DNA of 64,000 nucleotides from Armatimonadota bacterium (GCA_039811685.1 JBDHZC010000002.1:480001-544000), one strand, 5' to 3'; counted from the stretch's first letter, positions 18,662-29,415 are shown. The notes: generated by a model not told the origin, from the sequence alone. Made by a program: numbers and translations.

Positions 18662-19512
18662 TGCTCCGGATACTGCCGGATCTGCTCCTCAATCACTCTT
18701 GTAAAGTCTGCGCTTACCTGCCAGATGCGCTCATCCAGACTCCCACTGTCCGGGATATCCAAAGGCTGTTTCATCTCTATGCGGAAGCCATGGGCCGTTC
18801 TCACGGCAAAACCGGGAATGACCGGACAGCGCGCGCGAAGCGCCAGAAGCGCCACGCCAGGGGCCACCGAAGCCATTTTCCCGAAGAACGGCACAAACAC
18901 CGGATTGTAGATAGTATTTTGATCCGGCAGCACTCCGAGCAACTCATTGGCTGACAGAGTTTTGAGCATCAGAGAGGCTGGTTCCTGTTTGCTGATTGTG
19001 CCGAACCCACCGCGCCTGCGCACGTCGTTGATATAGGCGGCCTGCGTCGGGTTATCAGAGTCTCTGGCCACGACCGTCAACGGGTAACCCTCGGCAACCA
19101 GCCGCATGCCGAGATACTCCCAGTTGCCAAAGTGTCCGGTAATCACCACTGCCCCGCGGCCACCGCCCAGAGCTGCCTTCAGCGCTTCCTCGTCAAACGC
19201 CGGCGCCAGAGAACGGATAGTTTCCGGAGACTGCCGCCGCAGCCAGAAGAACTCTACCGCCACCTGACCGAAATGTTCAAGCACGCGCTTTGCCAGGCTC
19301 TCAAGCTCTTCCTGGCTGGAATGCTCTCCGAAAGCCAGACCCAGATTTTTCAGTGCAACCTGCCGGTAGCGTCTGGACACGCGCCACACGAACCGTCCAA
19401 GCGCCCGCCCCATCGGCGCAACATGGCGGCGCGGCGCGTTGCCAGCCGCTGTTCCAAAAACACGCAGCGCGACTGTCCCCGCAAGAGATTCTGCTTTACT
19501 GGCCCCTGGCAT
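18607..19512 (-). CDS. lpxL: Lipid A late acyltransferase (LpxL/HtrB family)
   Basis: ITGHFGNWE, LPDQ, VPFFG and PEQWLWFHDRW motifs. Confidence 0.9.
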   Translation of the reverse strand: MPGASKAESLAGTVALRVFGTAAGNAPRRHVAPMGRALGRFVWRVSRRYRQVALKNLGLAFGEHSSQEELESLAKRVLEHFGQVAVEFFWLRRQSPETIRSLAPAFDEEALKAALGGGRGAVVITGHFGNWEYLGMRLVAEGYPLTVVARDSDNPTQAAYINDVRRRGGFGTISKQEPASLMLKTLSANELLGVLPDQNTIYNPVFVPFFGKMASVAPGVALLALRARCPVIPGFAVRTAHGFRIEMKQPLDIPDSGSLDERIWQVSADFTRVIEEQIRQYPEQWLWFHDRWRKRPPEEEA

Positions 19513-19521
19513 TGAAAGAGA

Positions 19522-20637
19522 TTATAGCTGCGCTTGTCTCTGGGAGGTCGCAGGGCAGGCAAGCTCCACAAGCCTGTCAAAGTCCGAAATGAGCATTTCC
19601 GCTTTGAGAATCCGCAACCGCTCCGGCAGGCGCAATGAATCCATGCGTACAAAATCCTTCGCAGACGTCATGATCCACTCAGCGTCGGCAGCCTGTGCCC
19701 ACTCCTCGGCGCATTCCAGATCGTCCTGTGAAATTGGGCAGTGATCCGGCAGGAAAAGTTGTGCAACGACATCCGCGCCAGCATCTTTCAGAGTCTCTAC
19801 AAACGACTCCGGCGATCCGATTCCGCAAAATGCCATCACGCGCCTGCGGCGCAGGTCGTCAGCGGGCCGGCTGGATCCGGCCGGCGTATCAACAGACACG
19901 GCAGTGTAGTCCGCGGTGTGAATTGCGGCTTTCGGAGCCATATCTCTCAGGCGGCGCATAAGGTCGGTCCGGGCTGATTCCCGCAAGGCGCGCCCATGGG
20001 TTACGATTAGTACTGAAGCCCGTTTGAGGCCGCTGACAGGCTCCCGCAGAATGCCAGCCGGCATTACCTGACCGTTGCCAAAGGGCTTCTGAGCATCCAC
20101 AAGGACCACATCCACGTCTCGCGCCAGTTGCCAGTACTGCAAGCCGTCGTCCAGCACCAGCGCGCTTACTCCCAGATCTTCAACTGCCCGCCGGCCGCTG
20201 ATACGGCGGTCTTTACCGGTGAGCACAGCCACTCCAGGCAACTCCTGCGCCAGAAGCTGCGCTTCGTCCCCACTGTCCTTCCAGCCGGCCAGCACATTTT
20301 GCCCGTCTGAGACAGTCAACGCTTCATGCGTCCGCTGCGCTCCGTACCCACGCAGGAGCACTGCTGTAGCGCACCGTTTCTGAAGAGCTGATGCCAGTGC
20401 CTGCACCACTCCTGTCTTTCCCGTGCCACCGAGTGTGAGGTTGCCGACGCTGATAACACGAACTGGCAGATGTGTGCGCTTGCGCAGCCCCACGGAATCG
20501 GTCCACAGATAGACTGCCAGCCCCGCTCGATAGAGCCAGGCCAGCGGCGTCAACAGCCATATCAGCGCCCGGGATCGCAGAGGCGCGCGCGAGCTGTAAG
20601 CGCCCGCTATCCAGGAAGAGCGCAGCGTTCTCTTCAC
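19522..20637 (-). CDS. lpxK: Tetraacyldisaccharide 4'-kinase
   Basis: VISVGNLTLGGTGKT, LRGYG, GDEA, LDDGLQ and PAGILRE motifs. The GTG start overlaps the waaA stop. Confidence 0.95.
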   Translation of the reverse strand: MKRTLRSSWIAGAYSSRAPLRSRALIWLLTPLAWLYRAGLAVYLWTDSVGLRKRTHLPVRVISVGNLTLGGTGKTGVVQALASALQKRCATAVLLRGYGAQRTHEALTVSDGQNVLAGWKDSGDEAQLLAQELPGVAVLTGKDRRISGRRAVEDLGVSALVLDDGLQYWQLARDVDVVLVDAQKPFGNGQVMPAGILREPVSGLKRASVLIVTHGRALRESARTDLMRRLRDMAPKAAIHTADYTAVSVDTPAGSSRPADDLRRRRVMAFCGIGSPESFVETLKDAGADVVAQLFLPDHCPISQDDLECAEEWAQAADAEWIMTSAKDFVRMDSLRLPERLRILKAEMLISDFDRLVELACPATSQRQAQL

Positions 20638-21989
20638 ATCGAGCCTTTGGCGCGTTCTGCCAGCTTCTGAATTTCCTCTGCACAACGCTTTGACGCCCCC
20701 TGATTGCTCTGAATCAGAGCAAGCGCCTTATCATAGAGACTTTGGCGTCTTTCGCCGGTTGCCAGCTCTGTGATCAGCTTCGCCAGGTCTTCCGGAGTCT
20801 GGGCTTGATAGGCTACACCGGCTTCCAACGCGCGCGCGGCAATATCGCGGATTTTGTAGTCGTACGGGCCAAAAGTCACCGGCACACCCTGTGCCAGAGG
20901 CTGGAGGATATTGTGCCCGCCTTTATCAATAAACGTTCCACCGACGAACGCTACGTTAGCCAGACGGTAGATTCTCGCAAGCTCACCAAAGGTATCAAGG
21001 ACAATCACGTCGGCAGTGTGTCCTCCCGTAACGGCGCTGCGGCGGATAGCGCTGTAGCCATAACCACGACACTCCTCCACCACCTCATCTGCCCTTTCTA
21101 TCTGCCGCGGAGCGATCACCAGACGCAAGCCTGCCGTACGCTTTCGCGCCGCCTGAAAAGCTCGCAACACAACGCCCTCTTCCCCCGGATTCGTGCTGCC
21201 CGCCACCACCAGCGCATCCGCAGGGTCAACACCGCAGGCGCGAGACAGCTCCAGAGCCTCATCCGGCGTGAGCGGTTCTCCGGCTTCATCGAACTTCGTG
21301 TTTCCTGCAACGGCAACTCGCTCCTCCGGCGCGCCCATTTCGACAATACGCTGTGCGTCAACTTCGTACTGCATCACAAAGCGATCCACATTGCCGAGCG
21401 CCCACCGGTAGATTGACCCGAAGCGTCTCGCCTTTTCAACCGTAGAGTCGGAGACCTGGCCGTTTACGACGGCCACCGCAGCGCCGCAGCGTCTGGCTTC
21501 GTTAATAAGATTCGGCCACAGCTCTTTTTCACAAAGCGCCAGACACAGAGGTTGCACGCGCTTCATAACTGAGCGCACAGCAGGCAGCATGTCTACGGGA
21601 AGGTAGAAAACGGGCAAATGCGGCAGGAGCTTGTGAGCCATCACTCGCCCTGTGGAGGTCGTTGTCGTGAGTTCAGTGGAGTAGGCGCCTGACAGAGCAG
21701 CGTATTCTCTCAGGATAGACGCCGCCACCGTCACTTCTCCCACGGAAACGGCGTGCAACCACACATTATCCCGGGGCACAATCTCCCGTTGCGCTTTGGA
21801 CGGCCAGCCAAGACGCTCCAGCCAGCCTTCGCGGGATTTTCCGTTGCCAAAAACGCGGTAGCCATACCAGGCCAGCAACGCCGGACTGAGCGCAGTGAGC
21901 GCTGCGTTGTACGCGAGAAAAGCGCTCCGCCTGGAGTCAGGATTCTCAGGATGCGGTGGCTTTTCGCACAGGTCCTCTTCAATTCTCAT
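20634..21989 (-). CDS. waaA: Kdo transferase
   Basis: WLHAVSVGE, ELWPN, GNTKFD, DTFGEL and GGHNILQP motifs. Confidence 0.95.
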   Translation of the reverse strand: MRIEEDLCEKPPHPENPDSRRSAFLAYNAALTALSPALLAWYGYRVFGNGKSREGWLERLGWPSKAQREIVPRDNVWLHAVSVGEVTVAASILREYAALSGAYSTELTTTTSTGRVMAHKLLPHLPVFYLPVDMLPAVRSVMKRVQPLCLALCEKELWPNLINEARRCGAAVAVVNGQVSDSTVEKARRFGSIYRWALGNVDRFVMQYEVDAQRIVEMGAPEERVAVAGNTKFDEAGEPLTPDEALELSRACGVDPADALVVAGSTNPGEEGVVLRAFQAARKRTAGLRLVIAPRQIERADEVVEECRGYGYSAIRRSAVTGGHTADVIVLDTFGELARIYRLANVAFVGGTFIDKGGHNILQPLAQGVPVTFGPYDYKIRDIAARALEAGVAYQAQTPEDLAKLITELATGERRQSLYDKALALIQSNQGASKRCAEEIQKLAERAKGSM

Positions 21990-23736
21990 GGGCGGAAGCC
22001 TCGGCCAGACGGTGTTGGACCTCATAGAGCTTTCTGAACAGCGTATTGCCGCGCATCAACTCATCAAACGCGCCGCACTCCACCATCCGCCCTCTCTCCA
22101 ACACAAAGATTCGATCCGCCTTTGTGATAGTAGCCAGTCTGTGCGCGATTATCAGAGTAGTGCGACTGCTCATAAGCCGCTCCAGCGCTTCCTGAACAAG
22201 ACGCTCTGATTCTGCGTCAAGAGAGGACGTCGCCTCATCCAGAATCAGAATAGCCGGGTCCGCCAGAATCGCCCGGGCAATGGCGATACGTTGCCGCTGA
22301 CCCTGAGAAATACGCGTGCCGCGGTCTCCCAGCACGGTATCGTACCCATTCTCGGTCTTGACGATAAAGTCATGGGCGTGCGCTGCCCGCGCTGCCTCCT
22401 CGATCTCCGCAGTCGTCGCGTCACGACGTCCGTAAGCGATATTCTCTCGAATTGAGGCGGCAAACAGCATGGTCTCCTGAGGCACTATGGCAATCTGCCG
22501 GCGCAGAGGCGTCAGAAGAAGCCCGCGAACGTCCTGCCCATCTATGCGCACCGCGCCAGAGTTCGGATCGTAAAAGCGGGGAATCAGGCTGGCGATTGTA
22601 GATTTTCCGGCCCCACTCGGGCCAACCAGGGCAACGATCTCCCCCGGAGCAATCTCGAAAGAGAGATCGCGAATCACGTCGGTCTCGCCGGAATAGCTGA
22701 AGGAAACACTCTCAAAAGTGATTTGCCCGCGGATGTCTCCGGGAGGGCGCGCGTCTTGGGGCTCGGCCACATCCGGCCGGTCGTCCAGAATCTCAAAAAT
22801 CCTCTCCGCCGCCGCGCTGACCGTCTGATACTGGATGTTGATTCGACCGATCATCCGAGCTGAGGTGGCGACCTTCACCATCAGAAAAACAAACGCGCCC
22901 AGGGCGTCCATAGTCATCTGATCCCTGGCCACAAACCACCCACCGTACAGCAGAATCCCGATGGTGCCGAAAGCGCCGATCAACTCGACCGTAGGCTGCA
23001 GCGCCGCACTGCGCTTCACACCGCGCATGGCGGCATAGTAGCCTTCACGATTGCAGTCCGAAAAGCGCCTCATCTCGTAGTCTTCAGCCGCGAAGGACTT
23101 TATGATGCGCATCCCGGCGATGGTCTCCTCCATCATCTCCGTCAGGTCCGCAAGGCGCGTCTGGAGCACGGAACTCAGAGAGCGCATCTTGCCACCGATG
23201 CGGGCGATGGCCACCGCCATCACTGGCACCACCAGGACCGCTGCAATAGTCAGCCGCCAGTTCAGATACAGCATTCCCACCAGCCCGCCCAGGCCCAGCA
23301 CTGGCCCGGTGACAAGATCTGTGAGGACAGACCCGCTGCTTTGCACCACGCCAACGTCGTTCGTCATGCGGCTCATAATCTGACCGGTGCGCTGGCGGTC
23401 GAAGAAGCTGATAGAAAGAACATGCAGATGGTTGTAGAGCCGGCCGCGCAGGTCTGTAGTCAACTTGTAGATGCCGGCAGAGAGCAGGACCGTCTGCTGA
23501 TAGCTGAAAAACCACTTGCCAGCGTAGATGCCTACAATCATCACACATAGCTCGCGCAGCAGCTTCGTAGCCTGTGCGAGGTTGGCGCTTCCCAGCTCGA
23601 TGAATTTCTTCAGAGCCAGCGCCAGCGACAAATCCAGCAACGAGACTATGCCTGCCGCCAGAATCCCGCCGGCAAAGTACTTCAGGTAGGGGCGCGAAAT
23701 GGTGAACAGCCGCCTGATCGGGGTCGCTTCTTTCAT
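21979..23736 (-). CDS. msbA: Lipid A exporter ABC transporter (fused TMD-NBD)
   Basis: TMD plus GPSGAGKS, ISQGQRQR and LDEATS motifs. ATGA overlap with lpxB, within the lpx operon. Confidence 0.88.
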   Translation of the reverse strand: MKEATPIRRLFTISRPYLKYFAGGILAAGIVSLLDLSLALALKKFIELGSANLAQATKLLRELCVMIVGIYAGKWFFSYQQTVLLSAGIYKLTTDLRGRLYNHLHVLSISFFDRQRTGQIMSRMTNDVGVVQSSGSVLTDLVTGPVLGLGGLVGMLYLNWRLTIAAVLVVPVMAVAIARIGGKMRSLSSVLQTRLADLTEMMEETIAGMRIIKSFAAEDYEMRRFSDCNREGYYAAMRGVKRSAALQPTVELIGAFGTIGILLYGGWFVARDQMTMDALGAFVFLMVKVATSARMIGRINIQYQTVSAAAERIFEILDDRPDVAEPQDARPPGDIRGQITFESVSFSYSGETDVIRDLSFEIAPGEIVALVGPSGAGKSTIASLIPRFYDPNSGAVRIDGQDVRGLLLTPLRRQIAIVPQETMLFAASIRENIAYGRRDATTAEIEEAARAAHAHDFIVKTENGYDTVLGDRGTRISQGQRQRIAIARAILADPAILILDEATSSLDAESERLVQEALERLMSSRTTLIIAHRLATITKADRIFVLERGRMVECGAFDELMRGNTLFRKLYEVQHRLAEASAHEN

Positions 23737-24929
23737 GCCGGAGCTTTCCCGCAAACGCTCGCCCGACTCACAGTTGCAAACCAGTCCAGAAGCGCGTCCG
23801 CCGTTCGCTCAAGCGCGCCGGTGGGCTCCAGTACGCTGCGCAGACTCTGCAGGCAATCAATCTGGTGAGCCCTCTGTTGTCCGTCGTCCAGCAGCGATTC
23901 AAGACGCGCCGCGATAGCCTCGCCAGTGGCCTCATCCTGGCGCAGCTCCGGGACAATCATCTCATCCGCCAGAATATTGGGCATCGCCATATACTCAATC
24001 TTCATGCGCCTGATGCGGTACTCCAGCTTCATCATAGCCGATCCGCGGTACACGACCACCATCGGAGTCAGCGCCACCAGCGCTTCGAGAGTCGCCGAAC
24101 CCGAACACACAACCGCCGCCCGAGCCTGACAGATAGCCTCCTGCGTCCCGGAACGCACCAGCGTCAGAGGCGGCTCGGGCAGAGATCTCCGCTTCAGAGC
24201 CTTCAGACTCCGCCGCACAAGCGCAACAGCCTGCTCGGACGGATAGTGATCAGCCAGTGGAACCACAAAGCCAACTCCGCCGCGCCGCCGGGATGTCAGC
24301 GCCGCGGCTTCAACCATCACCGGCAGGATATTGTCCACCTCGTGTCCGCGGCTGCCCGGCAGTAAAGCGACAATATCCAGAGTAGGATCAATATCCAGAC
24401 TCCGGCAGAACGCCTGCTTCGAAAGCGCCGGTTTCACCTGGTCCAGCAGTGGGTGGCCCAGAAAGTCGGCCTTTGCGCCGGCAGCCCGCAGGTTATCAGC
24501 ATACCACGGATAGGGACTGATAAAATAGTCCGCTGCGCTCAAAATGCGCTCAGATGGCGGTGTCTTTCGCCATGACCCCGGCGGAAACCAGTACGCAACC
24601 GGCACCCCGTGAGAGCGCAGGAAAGGCGCCATACGCAGGTTGAACGCGCCAAAATCAACAGCAAGGGCAAAATCTGGAGGATTGGTGAGAATCTGACGCC
24701 TGGCTCGCCGCTCTGTTATGAGTCCGGGGATTATCAGCTTTGAGGCCTGCACGACGCCAATAGCCGAGGCGCGGGACGTGTCGAAAAGCAGGTCCACTCC
24801 CACTTGTTGAAGATGACGGCCGCCGACACCCCAGACTCTCAGGTCCTCAATGCGGCGGCGCAAAGCTTTAACGAGAAGCGCAGAGTGATAGTCGCCGGAT
24901 GCGTCACCGGCAAAAAGAGCGATATCCAG
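23733..24929 (-). CDS. lpxB: Lipid-A-disaccharide synthase (start uncertain; no canonical start upstream of the conserved N-terminus)
   Basis: IALFAGDASGD, VDFGAFN, GHPLLD, LLPGSR, SGSATLE and MPNILA motifs. Candidate starts are CTG 24929 and ATA 25001. Confidence 0.9.
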   Translation of the reverse strand: MDIALFAGDASGDYHSALLVKALRRRIEDLRVWGVGGRHLQQVGVDLLFDTSRASAIGVVQASKLIIPGLITERRARRQILTNPPDFALAVDFGAFNLRMAPFLRSHGVPVAYWFPPGSWRKTPPSERILSAADYFISPYPWYADNLRAAGAKADFLGHPLLDQVKPALSKQAFCRSLDIDPTLDIVALLPGSRGHEVDNILPVMVEAAALTSRRRGGVGFVVPLADHYPSEQAVALVRRSLKALKRRSLPEPPLTLVRSGTQEAICQARAAVVCSGSATLEALVALTPMVVVYRGSAMMKLEYRIRRMKIEYMAMPNILADEMIVPELRQDEATGEAIAARLESLLDDGQQRAHQIDCLQSLRSVLEPTGALERTADALLDWFATVSRASVCGKAPA

Positions 24930-24997
24930 CCCCGAGAGCCGGGCGCAGTCCGGCGCGGGGCTGTCTGTGGCGATTGACGCGTTGGAGGAAGGGGCGC

Positions 24998-25819
24998 TTA
25001 TCTGCGCGGAGCTTCCAACTGCCGCCCGCCAAATCCCAGCTTGATGTTCTGAATATACTCGACGAGATAATCCACCTCAGGGCTGGGTTCCACCTCTTCG
25101 ATGATCGCCTCCAGAGCCTGAGAGACATTCAAGCTGGGTGTGCGGTACAGCAGCCTGTGGGCCAGCTTCAGGTTGTCACGCACTTCGGCCGGAATGCCTG
25201 CCCGGCGCAGGCCAACGCGGTTGACATCGTAAACGCGAGCGGGATGCCCATCCGCCGCCATATAGGGCGGGACATCCTGAACAACCTTGCTCAACCCTCC
25301 GATAAAGGCCAGGCGGCCAATCCTGACAAACTGATGCACGCCGACCATTCCGCCAAAAACAACTCGATCTTCGACTGCCACGTGGCCGCTGATGCCCACA
25401 GTATTGGCCATCGTGACTTCATTGCCAATTGTACAGTTGTGCCCGATGTGGCAGTACGCCATAAGGACATTGTCGTGGCCGATGCGCGTGTACTCGTCTT
25501 CGCCGGTCGCGCGGTGGATAGTCACAAACTCTCTGAGATTGTTGTTATCGCCGATCTGCAGAAAGCTGCGCTCGCCTTTGAATTTGACGTCCTGCGGCTC
25601 ACCGCCCAGTATCACGTGCGACTTGATTTTGCATTGCTGCCCGATTGTCGTCCAGCGCTGAATGACTACCTGACTCTCGATCACCGTACCGTCGCCAATA
25701 ACAACGTCCGGGCCGATGATGGAGTAAGGCCCAATTTCAACATTCACACCGATCTCTGCGGTAGGGGAAACTTCCGCGGTCGGGTGGATGCGCGTACCGA
25801 TCTGTTCACCAAGTTTCAT
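24998..25819 (-). CDS. lpxA: UDP-GlcNAc O-acyltransferase
   Basis: Hexapeptide repeats plus PQDVKF, REFVTIHR, HIGHNC, VHQF and QDVPPY motifs. Confidence 0.96.
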   Translation of the reverse strand: MKLGEQIGTRIHPTAEVSPTAEIGVNVEIGPYSIIGPDVVIGDGTVIESQVVIQRWTTIGQQCKIKSHVILGGEPQDVKFKGERSFLQIGDNNNLREFVTIHRATGEDEYTRIGHDNVLMAYCHIGHNCTIGNEVTMANTVGISGHVAVEDRVVFGGMVGVHQFVRIGRLAFIGGLSKVVQDVPPYMAADGHPARVYDVNRVGLRRAGIPAEVRDNLKLAHRLLYRTPSLNVSQALEAIIEEVEPSPEVDYLVEYIQNIKLGFGGRQLEAPRR

Positions 25820-25845
25820 CGTGCGAATGGGGCTCCTCTGGCTCC

Positions 25846-26388
25846 CTACTTGCCCACTCCAATCAGGTGTTGGGCTTCCGGCCGGGCCGGTTCATCGCGG
25901 TCTCGAACAGCGAAAGACAGCTTGCCTTCGGCAACGATATTGCCATCTACGTAAGCGATCGCGCTTACACGGCCAACTTTGCCTCGCGCCCAGTCCACCT
26001 GAACTTCAATGATTAGAGAGTCTCCCGGGAGAACGGGTTTCTTGAATTTCACGTCGTCAATAGCCGCAAAATACGCCAGCTTCCCGCGCCGCTCCGGAGT
26101 CGCCAGCAACAAGACCGCTCCCACCTGCGCCATAGCCTCTATAATCAGGACACCCGGCATAATCGCATGGCCTGGAAAATGGCCCTGGAAAAACTCTTCG
26201 TTGATAGTGACGTTCTTGAGTCCGCGCGCGCGCACGCCCGGCTCCATATCCAGGATCCTGTCCACCAGCAGAAACGGGTACCTGTGCGGCAGGATGCTCC
26301 GTATCTGTTCTATGTCAAGCATCTCATAAACATCCCGCAGAGACTCCAGTTCGGCTCCCTGCTCATGATCCTCTGACAAGGAACTCAT
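25846..26388 (-). CDS. fabZ: 3-hydroxyacyl-ACP dehydratase
   Basis: [11 protein letters not shown] and [21 protein letters not shown] motifs. Confidence 0.97.
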   Translation of the reverse strand: MSSLSEDHEQGAELESLRDVYEMLDIEQIRSILPHRYPFLLVDRILDMEPGVRARGLKNVTINEEFFQGHFPGHAIMPGVLIIEAMAQVGAVLLLATPERRGKLAYFAAIDDVKFKKPVLPGDSLIIEVQVDWARGKVGRVSAIAYVDGNIVAEGKLSFAVRDRDEPARPEAQHLIGVGK

Positions 26389-26392
26389 TGCG

Positions 26393-27214
26393 CTACTCCT
26401 TCCTTATCCGCCGCGCCATCTCGACATTTGCCCAGTGCCCGGTTGCGACTCCAAACAGGGTGCCAGAAATCGCTCCGCCCGTCAATGCCAGATCGCCCAG
26501 CATATCTAACAATTTGTGTCGAACAAACTCATCCGGATATCGCAACTCCGGGCGCACCTCGTGGTCATAGACTATCAGCGCATTGTCTTCACTTGCGCCA
26601 AGAGCCAACCCATGGCTGCGCAACTCTTCCGCCTCCGACCATAATCCAAACGTACGCGCAGGCGCTATCTCCGCTCTGAACTCAGCAGTATCTCCACAGA
26701 AGTGACCGTAGCTCATTCCAATCAGAGGGTGGTCATAGCGCAGAAGATAACCCAGTTCAAACTCACTTCCAGCCGATCCTACCAGCACAGACTGTCCACG
26801 CGACACGCAGTCTATGTCCTCAATAGAATACACCGTCCGCTCAGCCCCCTGATCAACCGCGCCTTTCTCCAGGAACCGCTCCACGTACTCATTTGCGCTT
26901 CCGTCCAGCGCCGGAAGTTCAGGACCTTCGATTTCGCACTCCGCGTTGTCTATCCCCGAGCCGGCCAGAGCAGAGAGGAGATGCTCTACACATACTACTC
27001 GCGCTCCGTTGACCCCCAGCGTAGTGCCACGGCTGGTGTCCACCACATTGGCAGGGCAAGCCCGGATAGCCACAGTGCCCTGCCGGAAAACAATGCCGGT
27101 TCCACTCTCTGCCGGCATCACCCTCACTGAACACCCCGCGCCCGTGTGGATGCCGATGCCCTCAAAGCGGGTCTCCGCAGCCAGAGTCTTCTGCTCTCCG
27201 GGCTGAAAAATCAC
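26393..27214 (-). CDS. lpxC: UDP-3-O-acyl-GlcNAc deacetylase
   Basis: [37 protein letters not shown] and GH..N motifs. Confidence 0.96.
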   Translation of the reverse strand: MIFQPGEQKTLAAETRFEGIGIHTGAGCSVRVMPAESGTGIVFRQGTVAIRACPANVVDTSRGTTLGVNGARVVCVEHLLSALAGSGIDNAECEIEGPELPALDGSANEYVERFLEKGAVDQGAERTVYSIEDIDCVSRGQSVLVGSAGSEFELGYLLRYDHPLIGMSYGHFCGDTAEFRAEIAPARTFGLWSEAEELRSHGLALGASEDNALIVYDHEVRPELRYPDEFVRHKLLDMLGDLALTGGAISGTLFGVATGHWANVEMARRIRKE

Positions 27215-28287
27215 TCAGCAACTCTCTCTTCGCTGTAGCAGCTCGCTTCTCCGATTGCGAGCTGCGCCTGAAGCTCATTCACGCGGGATTCCAGCGCCTG
27301 CACCTGTTTGATGAGCTTTGGCAGATTGGGAAGACTGGCCCAGATGCGCATCTGGTCGCCGTAAGAGCGCGCAGGAAAGCCCGCGATCCTGGAACCTTTG
27401 GAGACATCTGCGATAATCCCGGCCCTTGCCGCTACCTGTGCGCCGTCACCGATGGTCACATGGTCCTTGACTCCAGCCTGCCCGGCCAGAATGACATTGT
27501 CTCCAACGACGACGCTGCCAGAAATACCTACCTGAGCGACAATGATGCAGTTGCGGCCAACCTTGACATTGTGAGCCACATGCACCAGATTGTCTATCTT
27601 CGTGCCTTCCCCGATCTCTGTGGAACCCGTGCGCGAGCGGTCAATGGTCACATTGGCGCCAATCTCAACGTCATCGTGAATCAGCACACTGCCAATATGC
27701 GGAATCTTCTGATGCGTCCCCTCCACCTGATTGAAGCCAAAGCCGTCCGCCCCAATCACAGCCCCGGAATGGATAATAACCCTGCTGCCAATGCGGCAGG
27801 TGGGGTAGATGGTCACGTGCGGGTTGATGACGGTGTTTTCGCCAATGCGCACCCCGTCTCCGATGTAGCAGAACGGTAAAATCACAACACCGGCGCCAAT
27901 CTGGACATCCGCGCCAACAAACGTGTTGTAGCCAATGCTGACGTTCTCTCCAAGTTGCGCTGACTCATGCACTCGCGCCGTGGGATCGACTCCCGGCTCG
28001 CCAGTAATCTTTGGCGCGAACCATTCCAGTACGGCTGCAAACGCAGTGCGAGGATCGCTGACGACAACGGCCGGCTTGGCGCCAGATTCAGGCTCGTGGC
28101 GCGTCAATACCGCCGCTGCCGCCGAACTCTCCGCCTCGTGAACGTGACGGCGCGACTCCGCAAAGACCAGATCGCCAGGGCCCGCCTCAGCAATCGAGGA
28201 GACGCCGGACACTGTTGTCTGCGGGTCACCGAAGAGCTGCCCGGACACCAGATCAGCGATTTGTTGGAGACTCACGGTCATTGTCAT
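27211..28287 (-). CDS. lpxD: UDP-3-O-(3-hydroxyacyl)glucosamine N-acyltransferase
   Basis: IGADGFGF, DVEIGAN.TIDR and KIDNLVHVAHN motifs. Confidence 0.96.
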   Translation of the reverse strand: MTMTVSLQQIADLVSGQLFGDPQTTVSGVSSIAEAGPGDLVFAESRRHVHEAESSAAAAVLTRHEPESGAKPAVVVSDPRTAFAAVLEWFAPKITGEPGVDPTARVHESAQLGENVSIGYNTFVGADVQIGAGVVILPFCYIGDGVRIGENTVINPHVTIYPTCRIGSRVIIHSGAVIGADGFGFNQVEGTHQKIPHIGSVLIHDDVEIGANVTIDRSRTGSTEIGEGTKIDNLVHVAHNVKVGRNCIIVAQVGISGSVVVGDNVILAGQAGVKDHVTIGDGAQVAARAGIIADVSKGSRIAGFPARSYGDQMRIWASLPNLPKLIKQVQALESRVNELQAQLAIGEASCYSEERVAE

Positions 28288-28338
28288 ATACGTGCTGTCA
28301 AAGGCGCGGTGAGTTGCGAGACTACTATCATACCTCTA

Positions 28339-29415
28339 TTAGCGACCGGACACCAGGTGAGAGGCGCGATTGGTCACGGCTTTTTTCGTCGCGCCGCCGC
28401 GCCGCAGAGGAGCCGAAGCTTCAACAACTGACTCCGAGATGCGGGCATCCTCTACGATTTTCGCGCGCAGCTTCTGTGCGGAGCTCTGAAAATCTCTGAC
28501 CAAGACAGAGGAATTGGAAGCAACGCTACCTCGAACACTCGGCGGTATAGATAACTTACCTGCAGATTGTGTGACGTCTGTATGGCGTCGGCCTAATGCG
28601 CTCACGAAGGAGTTTACCGAATTCAGCGTCGCTTCTGCTCGCTGGGATGCCAGTTGCTCGGCCCGCTCGCGAGCCTGCGCCATCTCCCGCTTCTCAAGCG
28701 CAGCTATCTCAGCTTCAAAATCCTCTTCCACCTGCTTGAGATCGAGCTGATGCTGGCGGCGGATACCGCCGACATTTTGCGCTACGGTCTTTGCAATCGC
28801 CTCGACGCGCGCCTGCTTGTCGTCCAACTTCTGCTGAAGACCGGCGGCGTCCCCTCCGGGAAGCGCCCGAATTTGCGAACGCAGAATGGAAATCTCAAAG
28901 AGCAGTTTGCGCTTCTCATCGGCGCTGGCAAGCTGCGCATTGACGATCTTCTTCGCAAAGTCCTGGTTGATCTGTTGACGGCGCTGGTCTATCTCTGGCG
29001 CCAGCTTCTCCCTCGCCTGTCTGACGGCCACCTGAGCAGAGCGCTCTTCGCGCTCGCGGAGGCTGGCGGCGTAACGCGAGTTCACCAGCGCGAGGCGTCC
29101 TTTTAACCCTCGCTCTATCCGTCCAATTTCAGACTCACTCAGCGGTTGAGCCTCAGAGAGATCAAGCAACGGGACTTGGCCCGGCACTGGCAGGCGCGTC
29201 TGGAGCGAAAGAGCCTGCGGATTGCGAAGCATCGGAAGCTCCCCGGCAAACAGATGCGCCTTTGCAACCTCGGAAAGATCAATTGAAGGGAGAATGGCGG
29301 ATGGAGTTGTCTGCTTCGGCGCACGCGCACAGCCCTGGCCGAGACCACAGACGACTACACCCGCGACTGCCACCCAGAATGTCCTCAGCAATGTATTCCG
29401 GTACAGATGAATCAT
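28339..29415 (-). CDS. Coiled-coil putative lipoprotein, distant OmpH/Skp-like
   Basis: Lipobox-like GLGQGC, IDLSEVAKAH segment and a long helical coiled coil. It lies between skp and lpxD. Confidence 0.55.
   Translation of the reverse strand: MIHLYRNTLLRTFWVAVAGVVVCGLGQGCARAPKQTTPSAILPSIDLSEVAKAHLFAGELPMLRNPQALSLQTRLPVPGQVPLLDLSEAQPLSESEIGRIERGLKGRLALVNSRYAASLREREERSAQVAVRQAREKLAPEIDQRRQQINQDFAKKIVNAQLASADEKRKLLFEISILRSQIRALPGGDAAGLQQKLDDKQARVEAIAKTVAQNVGGIRRQHQLDLKQVEEDFEAEIAALEKREMAQARERAEQLASQRAEATLNSVNSFVSALGRRHTDVTQSAGKLSIPPSVRGSVASNSSVLVRDFQSSAQKLRAKIVEDARISESVVEASAPLRRGGATKKAVTNRASHLVSGR

Noticed and set aside
24899..25954. 351-aa plus-strand ORF and other long antisense ORFs (e.g. 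56546-57418, 54524-55255, 48034-48762)
   Set aside because: They are shadow ORFs opposite well-supported genes in GC-rich DNA and carry no recognisable motifs.
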